This document shows positions 32,468-41,700 of a stretch of DNA of 64,000 nt, in pieces. Within the stretch, counting starts at the first letter, position 1. Each line of letters opens with the position of its first letter. The notes under the pieces are model-generated. The model ran no database searches and was not told the DNA's origin. It saw nothing but the letters and a program-made list of their open reading frames with translations. Origin of the DNA: Candidatus Latescibacterota bacterium (GTDB lineage Bacteria; Latescibacterota; UBA2968; GCA-2709665); the NCBI GenBank assembly GCA_965116875.1, contig OZ220733.1, positions 4,032,001-4,096,000 of the forward strand, written 5' to 3'. Made by a program: the position numbers and the translations under genes.

Positions 32468-33774
32468 GTCCGTTGCGCCGTGACAATTCAGGCACAAGAG
32501 GGCAAATCGACAGACCGGTCGATTTGCCCTTTGCATTCCCGGCTTTTCTCCGGGAACTACTCGTCGGTCTCTGCCTTGCTCTCTGCTTCAGTTCAGGCGC
32601 CGCAGATGCATCCGGACGGTCGATTGAGGAATTCCGGGGATTGTGGGTGGCTCGCCACTGGCTGAAGAATCGTGAGCAGGCCATGCGCGCGGTGCGCATT
32701 GCCGTAGACGCCCGGTTGAACGCGATCCTGGTTCAGGTTCGGGGCAGAGGCGATGCCTTCTACCGCAGCCGTCTGGTACCCGGATCGGAATCCCTGTCCG
32801 ATCCTGAGTTCGATCCACTCGCACTTCTCGTGGAAGAGGGGCGCCGGGCCGGTCTGGAAGTACACGCATGGGTGAATATGTACCTTACCTGGAAACCGAC
32901 GGAGCAGCGGCCGGCGTCGCCACGACATATACTCCTTCGAAATCCCGAATGGTTCATGCGATCCGTGGACGGGATCGACATGGGGCGGGTCGCGCTCGAC
33001 GGCGTCGATCTTGTCAAACGCGGAGTGACCGGGAGATTCCTTTCGCCCGGCGTTCCCGAAGTCAGAGCCCATCTGCTCGGGGTCATTGAAGAGATCGTTG
33101 GCGATTACGACGTCGACGGTATCCACATGGACTATGTCCGGTACCCGAATATCCATTACGACTACAGTCCCGCCGTGAGCGAGGCGTTCAAGACGCGCTA
33201 CGGCTTCGACCCTGCCGGTCGGGATGACAACGAGGCCGGTTCCGGCGCCGGTGCGGACGTGGCCGATGTCAGGAAGTTGTGGCATCGATGGCGAAGCGAA
33301 CAGATCAGTCTGCATGTCGGCCAGGTGCGTGAGGCGATTGCGCGCCTCAAGCCCTCCGTCAGGTTGTCTGCCGCCGTAAAACCGGACATAGAATCCGCAT
33401 ACACGCAGTACGGACAGGACTGGATCGAATGGAGTAACGGGGGGCTTGTGGACTTTGTGGTGCCCATGTTCTACGAGGGATCTACTCAGGAGATCGAACG
33501 CCAGATGGCCGAAGCAAGGAAGCGCGTGAAAGAGGCGGTTCTGTACGCCGGAATCGGCGTCTGGAATCAGAATGCCGACGAAACGGCGGCTCAGATTGAG
33601 ATCGCGCGCCGCACGGGTTTTCAGGGGGTCGTGTTGTTTTCCGTGGATGGATTCGTACAACAGAAGGGGCTGACCGGCGAGTTGCACGAAGGTCCTTTTC
33701 GAGCGCCGTCCGTCCAACTGAAGGAGGAGGACACGCGTGTCGAAACCCAGGCGGGGCAATCAGGTAGAGATTGA
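32464..33774 (+). CDS. YddW/GH10-like glycoside hydrolase, probably exported
   Basis: FRGLWV, VQVRGRGDAFY, EVHAW, DGIHMDYVRYP, QDW, PMFY motifs; hydrophobic signal-like segment; start uncertain. Confidence 0.85.
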   Translation: MSPLRRDNSGTRGQIDRPVDLPFAFPAFLRELLVGLCLALCFSSGAADASGRSIEEFRGLWVARHWLKNREQAMRAVRIAVDARLNAILVQVRGRGDAFYRSRLVPGSESLSDPEFDPLALLVEEGRRAGLEVHAWVNMYLTWKPTEQRPASPRHILLRNPEWFMRSVDGIDMGRVALDGVDLVKRGVTGRFLSPGVPEVRAHLLGVIEEIVGDYDVDGIHMDYVRYPNIHYDYSPAVSEAFKTRYGFDPAGRDDNEAGSGAGADVADVRKLWHRWRSEQISLHVGQVREAIARLKPSVRLSAAVKPDIESAYTQYGQDWIEWSNGGLVDFVVPMFYEGSTQEIERQMAEARKRVKEAVLYAGIGVWNQNADETAAQIEIARRTGFQGVVLFSVDGFVQQKGLTGELHEGPFRAPSVQLKEEDTRVETQAGQSGRD

Positions 33775-35101
33775 CATCGAACGGCTGGACCGACGGGGAA
33801 ACGGTCTGGGCCGGCTGGGCGCTTATACCATGCTTGTCCGGGGCGCGGTGCCCGGCGACCGGGTCCGGGCTCGTGTACGCAAGGTCAGGAATCGATTGCG
33901 CCGGGCTGAAGCCAGTCTGGAGGAGCTCCTCTCCACCCGAATTGAGCGGTTGCCGGCACGCTGCTCACACTTTGGGCTCTGCGGCGGCTGTCTGTGGCAG
34001 GATATACCCTATGACTCCCAGGTTCGATTGAAACAGGACCTGGTTCGGAACTGTCTGGCGGAGGCGGGAATAGATACGAAACCGGACGCGCCATTGCCAT
34101 CCGAAGAACCGTTCTTCTACCGGAACAAGATGGAGTTTTCCTTCGGTTCGTCGCCGGAGGGGCGTACGGAGGTGGGCCTGCATGTCGGGGGGCGTTTCGA
34201 TCGCGTATTCGACCTGGATGCGTGTTTTCTCCAGTCGGAATCGTCCAACCGCATCGTCGATCGCGTACGGAACTTTGTCAGCTCCCATTCCGTATACCAT
34301 CTGAAACGCCATGAAGGTCTGCTCAGATTCCTGACCATACGCGAGGGCAAACTGTCGGGTGAAACCATGGTTGTGCTGACAACGTCCGGGGATGCGTTTC
34401 CCGAGGCGGAGTCATTGGGAAAGATGCTGGCGGAGACGTTTCCGGAGGTCAGGAGTGTGATTCGCAGCGTCAATCTGCGGAAAGCCCAGGTGGCCATCGG
34501 CGACCGCGAAGAAGTGCTGGCGGGGACGGGTACCGTCAAAGAGAAACTGGGTGAATTCACATTCGAGATCTCACCGGGTTCATTCTTCCAGACCAACACG
34601 CGTCAGGCCAGGCATCTCTACCGGAGGGTGGTCGAGTTGACCGACCCCTGTCCGGACGACCGGATTCTGGACGTGTATTGTGGGACGGGCGCGATTTCGC
34701 TGCACCTGTCGAGGAAGGCCGGCTACGTACTCGGCATTGAGGCTGGTGAGGGGGCGGTTCGGGATGCGGTCCGCAACAGCGCCATAAACGGCGTTTCCAA
34801 CTGCCGGTTTATCGCGGGGACGGCGGAAGACATTCTCTGGCAGATTCGTGAGCGGGGAGAGCGCTTTGATACCGTTGTCACCGATCCACCGCGTCCGGGT
34901 ATGCATATGAAGGCCGTAACGGCGATCTGTGATCTGCGCCCGGAACGTATCGTATATGTCTCGTGTAACCCGGAGGCGATGGGTGCGGACCTGATCCGGC
35001 TGGAGTCTTCAGGCTACAAGACCGACTATGTGCAGCTTGTGGATATGTTTCCCCATACACCGCACTGCGAGGTCGTGGCGCGGTTACGTAACAATGCCTG
35101 A
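33737..35101 (+). CDS. rlmD: 23S rRNA uracil-C5 methyltransferase RlmD
   Basis: TRAM-like N-terminus, C-x5-CGGC, FFQTN, DPPR, YVSCNP, DMFPHTPHCE. Confidence 0.92.
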   Translation: MSKPRRGNQVEIDIERLDRRGNGLGRLGAYTMLVRGAVPGDRVRARVRKVRNRLRRAEASLEELLSTRIERLPARCSHFGLCGGCLWQDIPYDSQVRLKQDLVRNCLAEAGIDTKPDAPLPSEEPFFYRNKMEFSFGSSPEGRTEVGLHVGGRFDRVFDLDACFLQSESSNRIVDRVRNFVSSHSVYHLKRHEGLLRFLTIREGKLSGETMVVLTTSGDAFPEAESLGKMLAETFPEVRSVIRSVNLRKAQVAIGDREEVLAGTGTVKEKLGEFTFEISPGSFFQTNTRQARHLYRRVVELTDPCPDDRILDVYCGTGAISLHLSRKAGYVLGIEAGEGAVRDAVRNSAINGVSNCRFIAGTAEDILWQIRERGERFDTVVTDPPRPGMHMKAVTAICDLRPERIVYVSCNPEAMGADLIRLESSGYKTDYVQLVDMFPHTPHCEVVARLRNNA

Positions 35102-35133
35102 AATTCGGGTCTGTCGCGGGATCCAGACAGATG

Positions 35134-35165
35134 AAGCAGGGGATGGGAATTCCCTCTGCTTTTTG
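35134..35165 (+). terminator. intrinsic terminator between convergent rlmD and greA
   Basis: AAGCAGGGGA...TCCCTCTGCTT stem followed by a T run. Confidence 0.55.
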
Positions 35166-35183
35166 ATTTGGCGTGCCTGCAGG

Positions 35184-35657
35184 TCAATCCCTGCTGATAT
35201 CCAGAATCTCATAGGCGAGCGTGCCCACCGGAACCTTCGCTTCCACCTGCTCTCCAACGCTTTTTCCCAGAAGCGCGCGTCCAACCGGAGACTGCGTTGA
35301 GATCTTGTTCTGTTCGAAATCCGCTTCGTCGGTGGAAACCAGAGTATAACGAATCTGTTCGCCGGTCCTGCGGTCCTTTAAAGTCACCGTGGCTCCGAGA
35401 TATGCCTTATCCTTGGCCATAAGACTCTCGTCGATGATTTCAGACCGAACCAGCTTGTCCTGGAGCTCGGCAATTTTCTTCTCAATGAACATCTGGCGTT
35501 CCTTGGCGCTATGGTATTCCGCATTCTCGCTCAGGTCTCCATGTTCCCTGGCTCTGGCGATTGCGTCGATAACCGCCGGCCGTTCACGGGTCCTGAGGCG
35601 CTCCAGTTCTGATCGGATCTTGTTGTAACCGTCTTTTGTGAGATAAAGCCGATCCAT
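35184..35657 (-). CDS. greA: transcription elongation factor GreA
   Basis: AREHGDLSENAEY, SPVGRALLGK. Confidence 0.97.
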   Translation of the reverse strand: MDRLYLTKDGYNKIRSELERLRTRERPAVIDAIARAREHGDLSENAEYHSAKERQMFIEKKIAELQDKLVRSEIIDESLMAKDKAYLGATVTLKDRRTGEQIRYTLVSTDEADFEQNKISTQSPVGRALLGKSVGEQVEAKVPVGTLAYEILDISRD

Positions 35658-35716
35658 TGTCCTGCCTCGCTTCCTTTTTGGGAAATTGCCTGGACGTGCG
35701 AGTCCTGTAATTGACA

Positions 35717-35755
35717 GAAAAAATACCGGGGGTCCGGATCTGCGGACGGCCCCGC
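35717..35755 (-). terminator. intrinsic terminator in the greA 5' leader (attenuator candidate)
   Basis: Minus strand GGGGCCGTCCG-CAGATC-CGGACCCCC then GGTATTTTTT, between promoter and greA ATG. Confidence 0.5.
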
Positions 35756-35809
35756 TATATACACCAGGAACAACGATGATTCACCCCATAATTGAACCTA
35801 AGATGCTTA

Positions 35810-35838
35810 AAAATAAGATCTTTATTGAATAAAGTCAA
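35810..35838 (-). promoter_or_regulatory. sigma70-like promoter of greA
   Basis: TTGACT-17-TATTTT on minus strand. Confidence 0.55.
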
Positions 35839-35865
35839 GATCAAACGGTTCCTGGCGGGTTCGGT

Positions 35866-35894
35866 TTGACATCTTCAACACGGGTTCGTATACT
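35866..35894 (+). promoter_or_regulatory. sigma70-like promoter of the DapA-family/adk unit
   Basis: TTGACA-17-TATACT. Confidence 0.7.
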
Positions 35895-35952
35895 ATACGC
35901 TTGGCGCAACCTTTCCCGGGGACGAATGCTGGGAAACCTTGTGGGGGTGGGA

Positions 35953-36861
35953 ATGGACAGCACGTTTGTGCGCGGGCTGATTCCGGCGCTTGTCACTCCA
36001 ATGACCCGCGACGAAGCGCTGGATGAAGCGGGTCTTGAACGCCTGCTGGACTACGTCATCACCGCGGGCGTCCATGGCGTATTCACGGGGGGGACCGCCG
36101 GGGAGCCCTGGGCGCTGAGCATGGAAGAGAAGACAAGGCTCTACGAGTGGACCGTGGGCTATACGGCGGGGCGCGTTCCGGTCTATGTTGGAACGGCGGC
36201 GAATTCTACAGCCGAGGCCGTGCGACTCGCCGAAGCGGCACAGGAGGCGGGGGCGGATTGTCTTTCTGTGCTGACGCCTTATTTCATTACGCCAGGTCCG
36301 GAGGAAATGTTCAGCCACTTTGCGGAGATCGCCCGTGCCGTGGACCTTCCCGTACTCTTGTACGATCTCCCGGCGAGAACGGGGAACAGCCTTCCGGTTC
36401 ATCTTGTCATGCGTCTGGCAGATACATTCGGCAATATCGTTGGAATCAAGGAGAGTTCGGGCGACTTTTCACGAACGCTCGAATACCTGCGGCTTGCGCC
36501 AGGATATTTTCGCGTAATTATGGGTCGCGACACGCTGATCTACGCCGCCCTCGTCCACGGCGCCGCAGGTGCGATTGCGGCAAGCGCCAACGTAGCGCCG
36601 GAACTGGGGGTTGGTATTTACGAGCGGTACATGGCTGGAGACGCCAGCGGCGCGCTGGATTTTCAAAAGCGGCTTGCCCCGCTTCGATCCGCATTTTCGT
36701 TGGGAACCCATCCGGCTATGCTCAAGGCCGGCGCAGAGCTCGTCTGCGATGCGGGCGGACCGCCACGGCGACCTGTGTCTCGACTATCCGGAAACGACCT
36801 GCTTCAGTTGAAAGAAGTGCTTGTGAAGATAGGAAAGCTGCAATCCTCCCGCGCAGGTTGA
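35953..36861 (+). CDS. dihydrodipicolinate synthase (DapA/NanA) family lyase
   Basis: GTAGE, LYDLPARTG, GIKESSG (Schiff-base Lys). Confidence 0.88.
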   Translation: MDSTFVRGLIPALVTPMTRDEALDEAGLERLLDYVITAGVHGVFTGGTAGEPWALSMEEKTRLYEWTVGYTAGRVPVYVGTAANSTAEAVRLAEAAQEAGADCLSVLTPYFITPGPEEMFSHFAEIARAVDLPVLLYDLPARTGNSLPVHLVMRLADTFGNIVGIKESSGDFSRTLEYLRLAPGYFRVIMGRDTLIYAALVHGAAGAIAASANVAPELGVGIYERYMAGDASGALDFQKRLAPLRSAFSLGTHPAMLKAGAELVCDAGGPPRRPVSRLSGNDLLQLKEVLVKIGKLQSSRAG

Positions 36862-36909
36862 GTGATTTCAAAGCGCACAGAGCTGAACGTATTCACGGAG
36901 CGGAAAACG

Positions 36910-37521
36910 ATGGATCGACGGGAAAAACATCGGACAATTCTGGTCGTTGGCGCACCCGGATCGGGCAAGGGCACGCAGGGGAGAATACTGGGGAACATAC
37001 CGGGATTCCACCACCTGGCCTGCGGAGACGTTTTCAGGTCTCTGGATCCGGGCAGTGAACTTGGCAAGATCTTCCTTGCCTACTCCGGCAAGGGCCGGCT
37101 GGTACCGGACCAGTTCACCGTTCAACTGTGGCTCGACCACATCCGTGGCGCCATCCACAACGGCGGTTTTCGCCCTGACGAGGAAGTGCTCGTTCTCGAC
37201 GGCATTCCACGCAATTTGCGCCAGGCCGAAATGATGGCGGACTATATAGATCTCAACCTTCTCATCTATCTGGATATAGCCGATGACAATGTCCTGGTTG
37301 AACGTGCGCTGCGCCGGGCGCTCCGGGAGAACCGGCTCGACGATGCCAGCGAAGCGGTTATCAGGCGGCGATTGCGGGAATTCGATAGAGAAACGGCCCC
37401 TCTGCTGGAATACTATCCGGCGGAGGTGATTCGCAAGGTCGACGGAGAACAGAAGCCCGTAGACGTTTTGCGCGATGTGATAGGAATCATCCAGGAAGCA
37501 GATACGGTCGCGGATTTCTGA
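36910..37521 (+). CDS. adk: adenylate kinase (short-LID type)
   Basis: GAPGSGKGTQ P-loop, GRLVPD, LDGIPR, RLDD. Confidence 0.88.
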   Translation: MDRREKHRTILVVGAPGSGKGTQGRILGNIPGFHHLACGDVFRSLDPGSELGKIFLAYSGKGRLVPDQFTVQLWLDHIRGAIHNGGFRPDEEVLVLDGIPRNLRQAEMMADYIDLNLLIYLDIADDNVLVERALRRALRENRLDDASEAVIRRRLREFDRETAPLLEYYPAEVIRKVDGEQKPVDVLRDVIGIIQEADTVADF

Positions 37522-37546
37522 GAACCGCAACCGATCGGTTTGAAGA

Positions 37547-37580
37547 ACGGTCGCCTGCTTCAGGCGGCCGTCGTGTTTTT
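37547..37580 (+). terminator. intrinsic terminator after adk
   Basis: ACGGTCGCCTG-CTT-CAGGCGGCCGT stem then TGTTTTT. Confidence 0.55.
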
Positions 37581-37654
37581 CGGGTGGGAGATAACGGTTG
37601 CGTGCCGCAAGTGTACATGGCGGTCGCGGACGGACCGGAGGAGCGTCAGCAGGT

Positions 37655-40600
37655 ATGACTCGAATGTGCATCGGCCTGGTTTTCATGCTCTTCATCCCGC
37701 CGCGCGCGGAAGCGCGAGCGGTAATGGACTGGACTGTTTATCAGTACAAAGACGGGCTTGCCCACAACGTCGTAACATCGGTCGTGCAGGCGAGAGACGG
37801 CGCAATGTGGTTCGCGACGCGCGGAGGCATTTCCCGATACGACGGCCAGTCCTGGCAAACCTACGGCGAAGAAAGCGGACTGACCGGTAACGGCTTCACC
37901 GGACTGTTCGAGGCTGAGAACGGTACGCTGTGGGCCACCGGGGGGTTCGTGTTTCGAGGGCGGGGTGGAAACCTCATCGCCCGCCTGTCCGGCGACCGGT
38001 GGGAGCCGGTTATGCTGCCTGAAAACCTCGCGGAAATCAACGTGGGTCCGGTTGTGGGCGTCTCCGGAGGCGGCCTCTGTTTTGCCACGGCGGGGTTGGG
38101 TATACTCCATTATACCGGCGATGACTGGAAGACAATCGACGAAGAGGACGGACTTGCGTCCAACTACGTGCAATGTCTGTTGCGATCGAAAGACGGTGCG
38201 GTGTGGGCGGCGTATGCGGGGCGGCGTCCGGGCCCGCCGTTTTCGCCACGTTCCGGGCGTCGACGGGGCGGGGGCATGAGCCGGTTCGATCCGGCGAAGA
38301 ATACATGGGCGGAGGTCGCGGCGCCCGGCGAATTGGCCCGCACAGCGGTGACTGCGATGGCGCAGGCGGTCGACGGGGCCGTGTGGCTGGGGACCGAAAA
38401 CCACGGTATTTTGCGTTTCGACGGTGCAGATTGGCAGGTGTTCGCTATGGGAGACGGAATGCCCGCGGACCGGGTGCTGTCCGTCGCGTCGGCTCCTGAC
38501 GGATCGATCTGGGTTGGAACCGTGGGTGGCGCCGCACGATTCACGGCATCGGAAGAAGCATCGACGGAGAAAGGCCGCTGGCGGGTTCGCCAGGTCTTTA
38601 CGGAAGAGAACGGCCTCCCCAACAATCTGGTGACGTCCGTGTGCATAAGCAATGACGGCGCGGTGTGGTTGGGAACGGCTTGGGGTGTCGCACGATACGG
38701 CGCGACAAGCTGGGAACACCACAGCCGTTGGGCGGGCACGTCCGACAGGGGCGGAGTTGCCCTCGAACGCACGGAGGATGGACGGTTGTGGGCGGCTACG
38801 GGAGAACGAGTCTACGAATTCGACGGGGCAGACTGGATCGAAGCGTACCGGATCCGTGCGAGCGGTCGGCGCGGGGCCGGGCGAATCGTGGGATTGCGAA
38901 AGGGAAGGGGCGGCACGCTCTGGGCCGCCGTTCATCGAAGCTTGTTGAGATTCGACGGGGTCTACTGGAAGGAGTTCGAATTGCCCACGAAGGGTCCGCG
39001 CTCCCGGATACTCTCGATGTTTCCCGCGCGCGCCGGGGGCGTGTGGGCCGGTACGGGAGCCGGGCTGTTCCGGTTCGACGGCGAGGTATGGACTTTGCAA
39101 TCGCCGGAAGATATTCGTGGAGTAAGCGCTGTATTCGAGTCAGAATACGGCGCCCTGTGGTATGGCGCCAATGGCGGTATCGTCCTGGAAAAGGACGGCA
39201 AACGTGAGGTTTTCGACACGGCCGACGGATTGCCGGGCGAGCCCGTCTTCGCGCTTGAGGAGGCACAGGGGGATGTCTGGGCCGCGACGCGCTTCACGGG
39301 GATGTTCAGGTACAATAAGGGTACGTGGGAGGCCGTGCCAACCGGGGATCAGACCGTTTTCGGCGGTGCCCACCGGTTTTTCGTGGATGACGACGACATA
39401 CTCTGGCTGGCAACGCTTTTTGTCGGTGCTGTTCACACCGATGGTGAGACCTGGACGCGTTACACGGCGCGCAACGGCCTTCCTGGCGCCAGGGTATGGG
39501 ACGTGGCGCAGGACCGGGAGGGGAGGATCTGGTTTGCCACGGACAATGGCCTGGGATGTTATACGCCGGACACGGATACGCCTGAAACCCGGCTTTCCTT
39601 GCCGTCCAGAGAGGTGGCTCCCTACCAGAGTGTTCTGTTCAAGTTCTCAGGTCAGGATCCATGGAAACAGACGCCGCCACAGGATCTGAAATACGCCTGG
39701 AGGGTGGACGGCGGCGACTGGTCGACGTTTTCGAGCGAAGATCAGGCGCTCGTGGGCAGGATGGTACCGGGGCCCCACACCTTCGAAGTGCGCGCGATGG
39801 ACCGGGGATTCAATGTAGATTCGACACCGGCGCGACACACTTTCGTGGTTCTGGCGCCCGTCTGGCAGCGGCCGTGGTTCGTCGCGCTCAGCGTGTTCTC
39901 GATCGTGGCTCTTTGCGTATCGTCCGGTTACGCGTTGCACCGCCATCGGCGGTGGCAGGAGGCCCAGGCGCGACAGATTCATGAATTGGAATCCGAGTTG
40001 GAGCAGGCGCACAGGATGCAGATGGGACTGCTGCCCACCGTCCCGATCCGTGACGATTCCTTTGAAATCGCGGGTGCCTGTGCGCCCGCAAACCACGTCG
40101 GCGGAGACTATTTCAACTATTTCTGGCTGGACGAAGCTCGTCGGACGCTGGGCTTCGGCGCCGCGGACGTGTCGGGAAAGGCGATGGAGGCTGCCGTTCG
40201 CGCGATGCAGCTGAGCGGTATCTTCCGGTACGAATTCCGGGGTATGAAGCCGCTGAACGAGGTCGCGATGCGGCTGGATGAAGATTTGAGGGAGCAGATG
40301 GACGAGGCCAGCTTTGTTACCTGCTGCCTTGGCACGCTCGATCTCGAGACACAACGCGTACATCTCGTCAATGCCGCTCATCCCTTCCCGTACCACTATT
40401 GCGCCAGGGACCGGGAATTGCGTGAGATTCAGTTGCCGTCCATACCGCTGGGCATGGTGTTGCCTCCCGGAAGTCCGGGCGGGCGCGCCGAAGCAAACAT
40501 TCAGGTCGCGCCGGACGACTTGCTTGTATTCTACAGCGATGGTGTGACCGACATGAGGAACACAGCCGGCGAGTTCTACGAGACCGACCGGCTGGAACAG

Positions 40601-40750
40601 GCCATCAGGGCACATAACCAGGCGAGCGCGGCGGATCTGGTCTCGGTGATCCTCGAAGAAGTATACCGGTTCAAGGGAGATGCGTCTCAACCGGACGACA
40701 TCACGCTTCTGGTCATTCGAATGCTCGAGCAGGGAGAGACCGGCCGGTGA
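37655..40750 (+). CDS. membrane sensor: Reg_prop beta-propeller repeats, Y_Y_Y-like domain, TM helix, SpoIIE/PP2C phosphatase
   Basis: Repeated GL-x-N-x-V...DG-x-W-x-T motifs; PGPHTFEVRA; PVWQRPWF + TM; GGDYF, ADVSGK, YSDG, DDIT. Confidence 0.9.
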   Translation: MTRMCIGLVFMLFIPPRAEARAVMDWTVYQYKDGLAHNVVTSVVQARDGAMWFATRGGISRYDGQSWQTYGEESGLTGNGFTGLFEAENGTLWATGGFVFRGRGGNLIARLSGDRWEPVMLPENLAEINVGPVVGVSGGGLCFATAGLGILHYTGDDWKTIDEEDGLASNYVQCLLRSKDGAVWAAYAGRRPGPPFSPRSGRRRGGGMSRFDPAKNTWAEVAAPGELARTAVTAMAQAVDGAVWLGTENHGILRFDGADWQVFAMGDGMPADRVLSVASAPDGSIWVGTVGGAARFTASEEASTEKGRWRVRQVFTEENGLPNNLVTSVCISNDGAVWLGTAWGVARYGATSWEHHSRWAGTSDRGGVALERTEDGRLWAATGERVYEFDGADWIEAYRIRASGRRGAGRIVGLRKGRGGTLWAAVHRSLLRFDGVYWKEFELPTKGPRSRILSMFPARAGGVWAGTGAGLFRFDGEVWTLQSPEDIRGVSAVFESEYGALWYGANGGIVLEKDGKREVFDTADGLPGEPVFALEEAQGDVWAATRFTGMFRYNKGTWEAVPTGDQTVFGGAHRFFVDDDDILWLATLFVGAVHTDGETWTRYTARNGLPGARVWDVAQDREGRIWFATDNGLGCYTPDTDTPETRLSLPSREVAPYQSVLFKFSGQDPWKQTPPQDLKYAWRVDGGDWSTFSSEDQALVGRMVPGPHTFEVRAMDRGFNVDSTPARHTFVVLAPVWQRPWFVALSVFSIVALCVSSGYALHRHRRWQEAQARQIHELESELEQAHRMQMGLLPTVPIRDDSFEIAGACAPANHVGGDYFNYFWLDEARRTLGFGAADVSGKAMEAAVRAMQLSGIFRYEFRGMKPLNEVAMRLDEDLREQMDEASFVTCCLGTLDLETQRVHLVNAAHPFPYHYCARDRELREIQLPSIPLGMVLPPGSPGGRAEANIQVAPDDLLVFYSDGVTDMRNTAGEFYETDRLEQAIRAHNQASAADLVSVILEEVYRFKGDASQPDDITLLVIRMLEQGETGR

Positions 40751-40804
40751 CGTCTCTACGCACCCGGATGGATACGCGCGGCCCCTCGACGCCCGGACCG
40801 GGTT

Positions 40805-41683
40805 TCATTCGCGTTCGCTCGCGGGCGCGTGGCCGGATCCGGCGGCATCCCTCTCCGCGGATTCCACCGTCTGGGCGATCAGCGTCACGATCGTCATTGG
40901 ACCCACGCCGCCGGGTACAGGGGTATAAGCCGCACACCGGTGAGCGACCGTGGAGAGTTCCACGTCTCCGACGGGCCCCGGATGGTAACCCGCGTCAATG
41001 ACCACGGCCTTGTCCGCGATCCAGTCGGCCCTGATGAATTCCCGCTTTCCAACGGCGCCAACGACAATGTCGGCCGCGCGCACAATACCTGGCAGGTTTC
41101 GGGTTCTGGAATGGCAGATCGTCACGGTGGCGTTCGCATTCAACAGCATCATGGCCATCGGCTTGCCCAGAATCGGGCTTCTGCCGACGACTGCGGCGGT
41201 TCTGCCCTCCAGCGGAATACGGTAATGCGACAGGAGCTTCATGATGCCGGCCGGCGTCGCCGCCCCGTAGGCAGGCGCGCCCATTGCCATCCGTCCGAAG
41301 CCGTGCGCGGTAACGCCGTCCACGTCCTTCCCGGTCGATATCCGGTCGAAGCACGCCCGCTCGTGGATATGGTCGGGGACCGGGTGCTGCAGGAGGATTC
41401 CGTGTACGCGAGGATTGGAGTTGAGCTTATCGATCTCGGTAAGGAGTTCGTCCGTGGTGGTTTCTTCGGGCAGCAGCACCCTCAATGAATCCATGCCCAC
41501 CCGTTTGCAGGCGTTTCCCTTCATTCGCACGTAGGTGGCCGACGCGGGGTCGTCCCCAACCAGGATCGTGGCCAGGACGGGGATTCGCCCGCCTGTGCTT
41601 GACCTGACGGCCGCCACCCTGTGCTTCAGTCCGCTTTCGATCTGCCTGGAAAGCTCTCTGCCATCCAGAATCGTTGCAGCCAT
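40805..41683 (-). CDS. folD: methylenetetrahydrofolate dehydrogenase/cyclohydrolase
   Basis: [30 protein letters not shown]. Confidence 0.96.
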   Translation of the reverse strand: MAATILDGRELSRQIESGLKHRVAAVRSSTGGRIPVLATILVGDDPASATYVRMKGNACKRVGMDSLRVLLPEETTTDELLTEIDKLNSNPRVHGILLQHPVPDHIHERACFDRISTGKDVDGVTAHGFGRMAMGAPAYGAATPAGIMKLLSHYRIPLEGRTAAVVGRSPILGKPMAMMLLNANATVTICHSRTRNLPGIVRAADIVVGAVGKREFIRADWIADKAVVIDAGYHPGPVGDVELSTVAHRCAAYTPVPGGVGPMTIVTLIAQTVESAERDAAGSGHAPASERE

Positions 41684-41700
41684 CACGCCCCCCATCTTGT

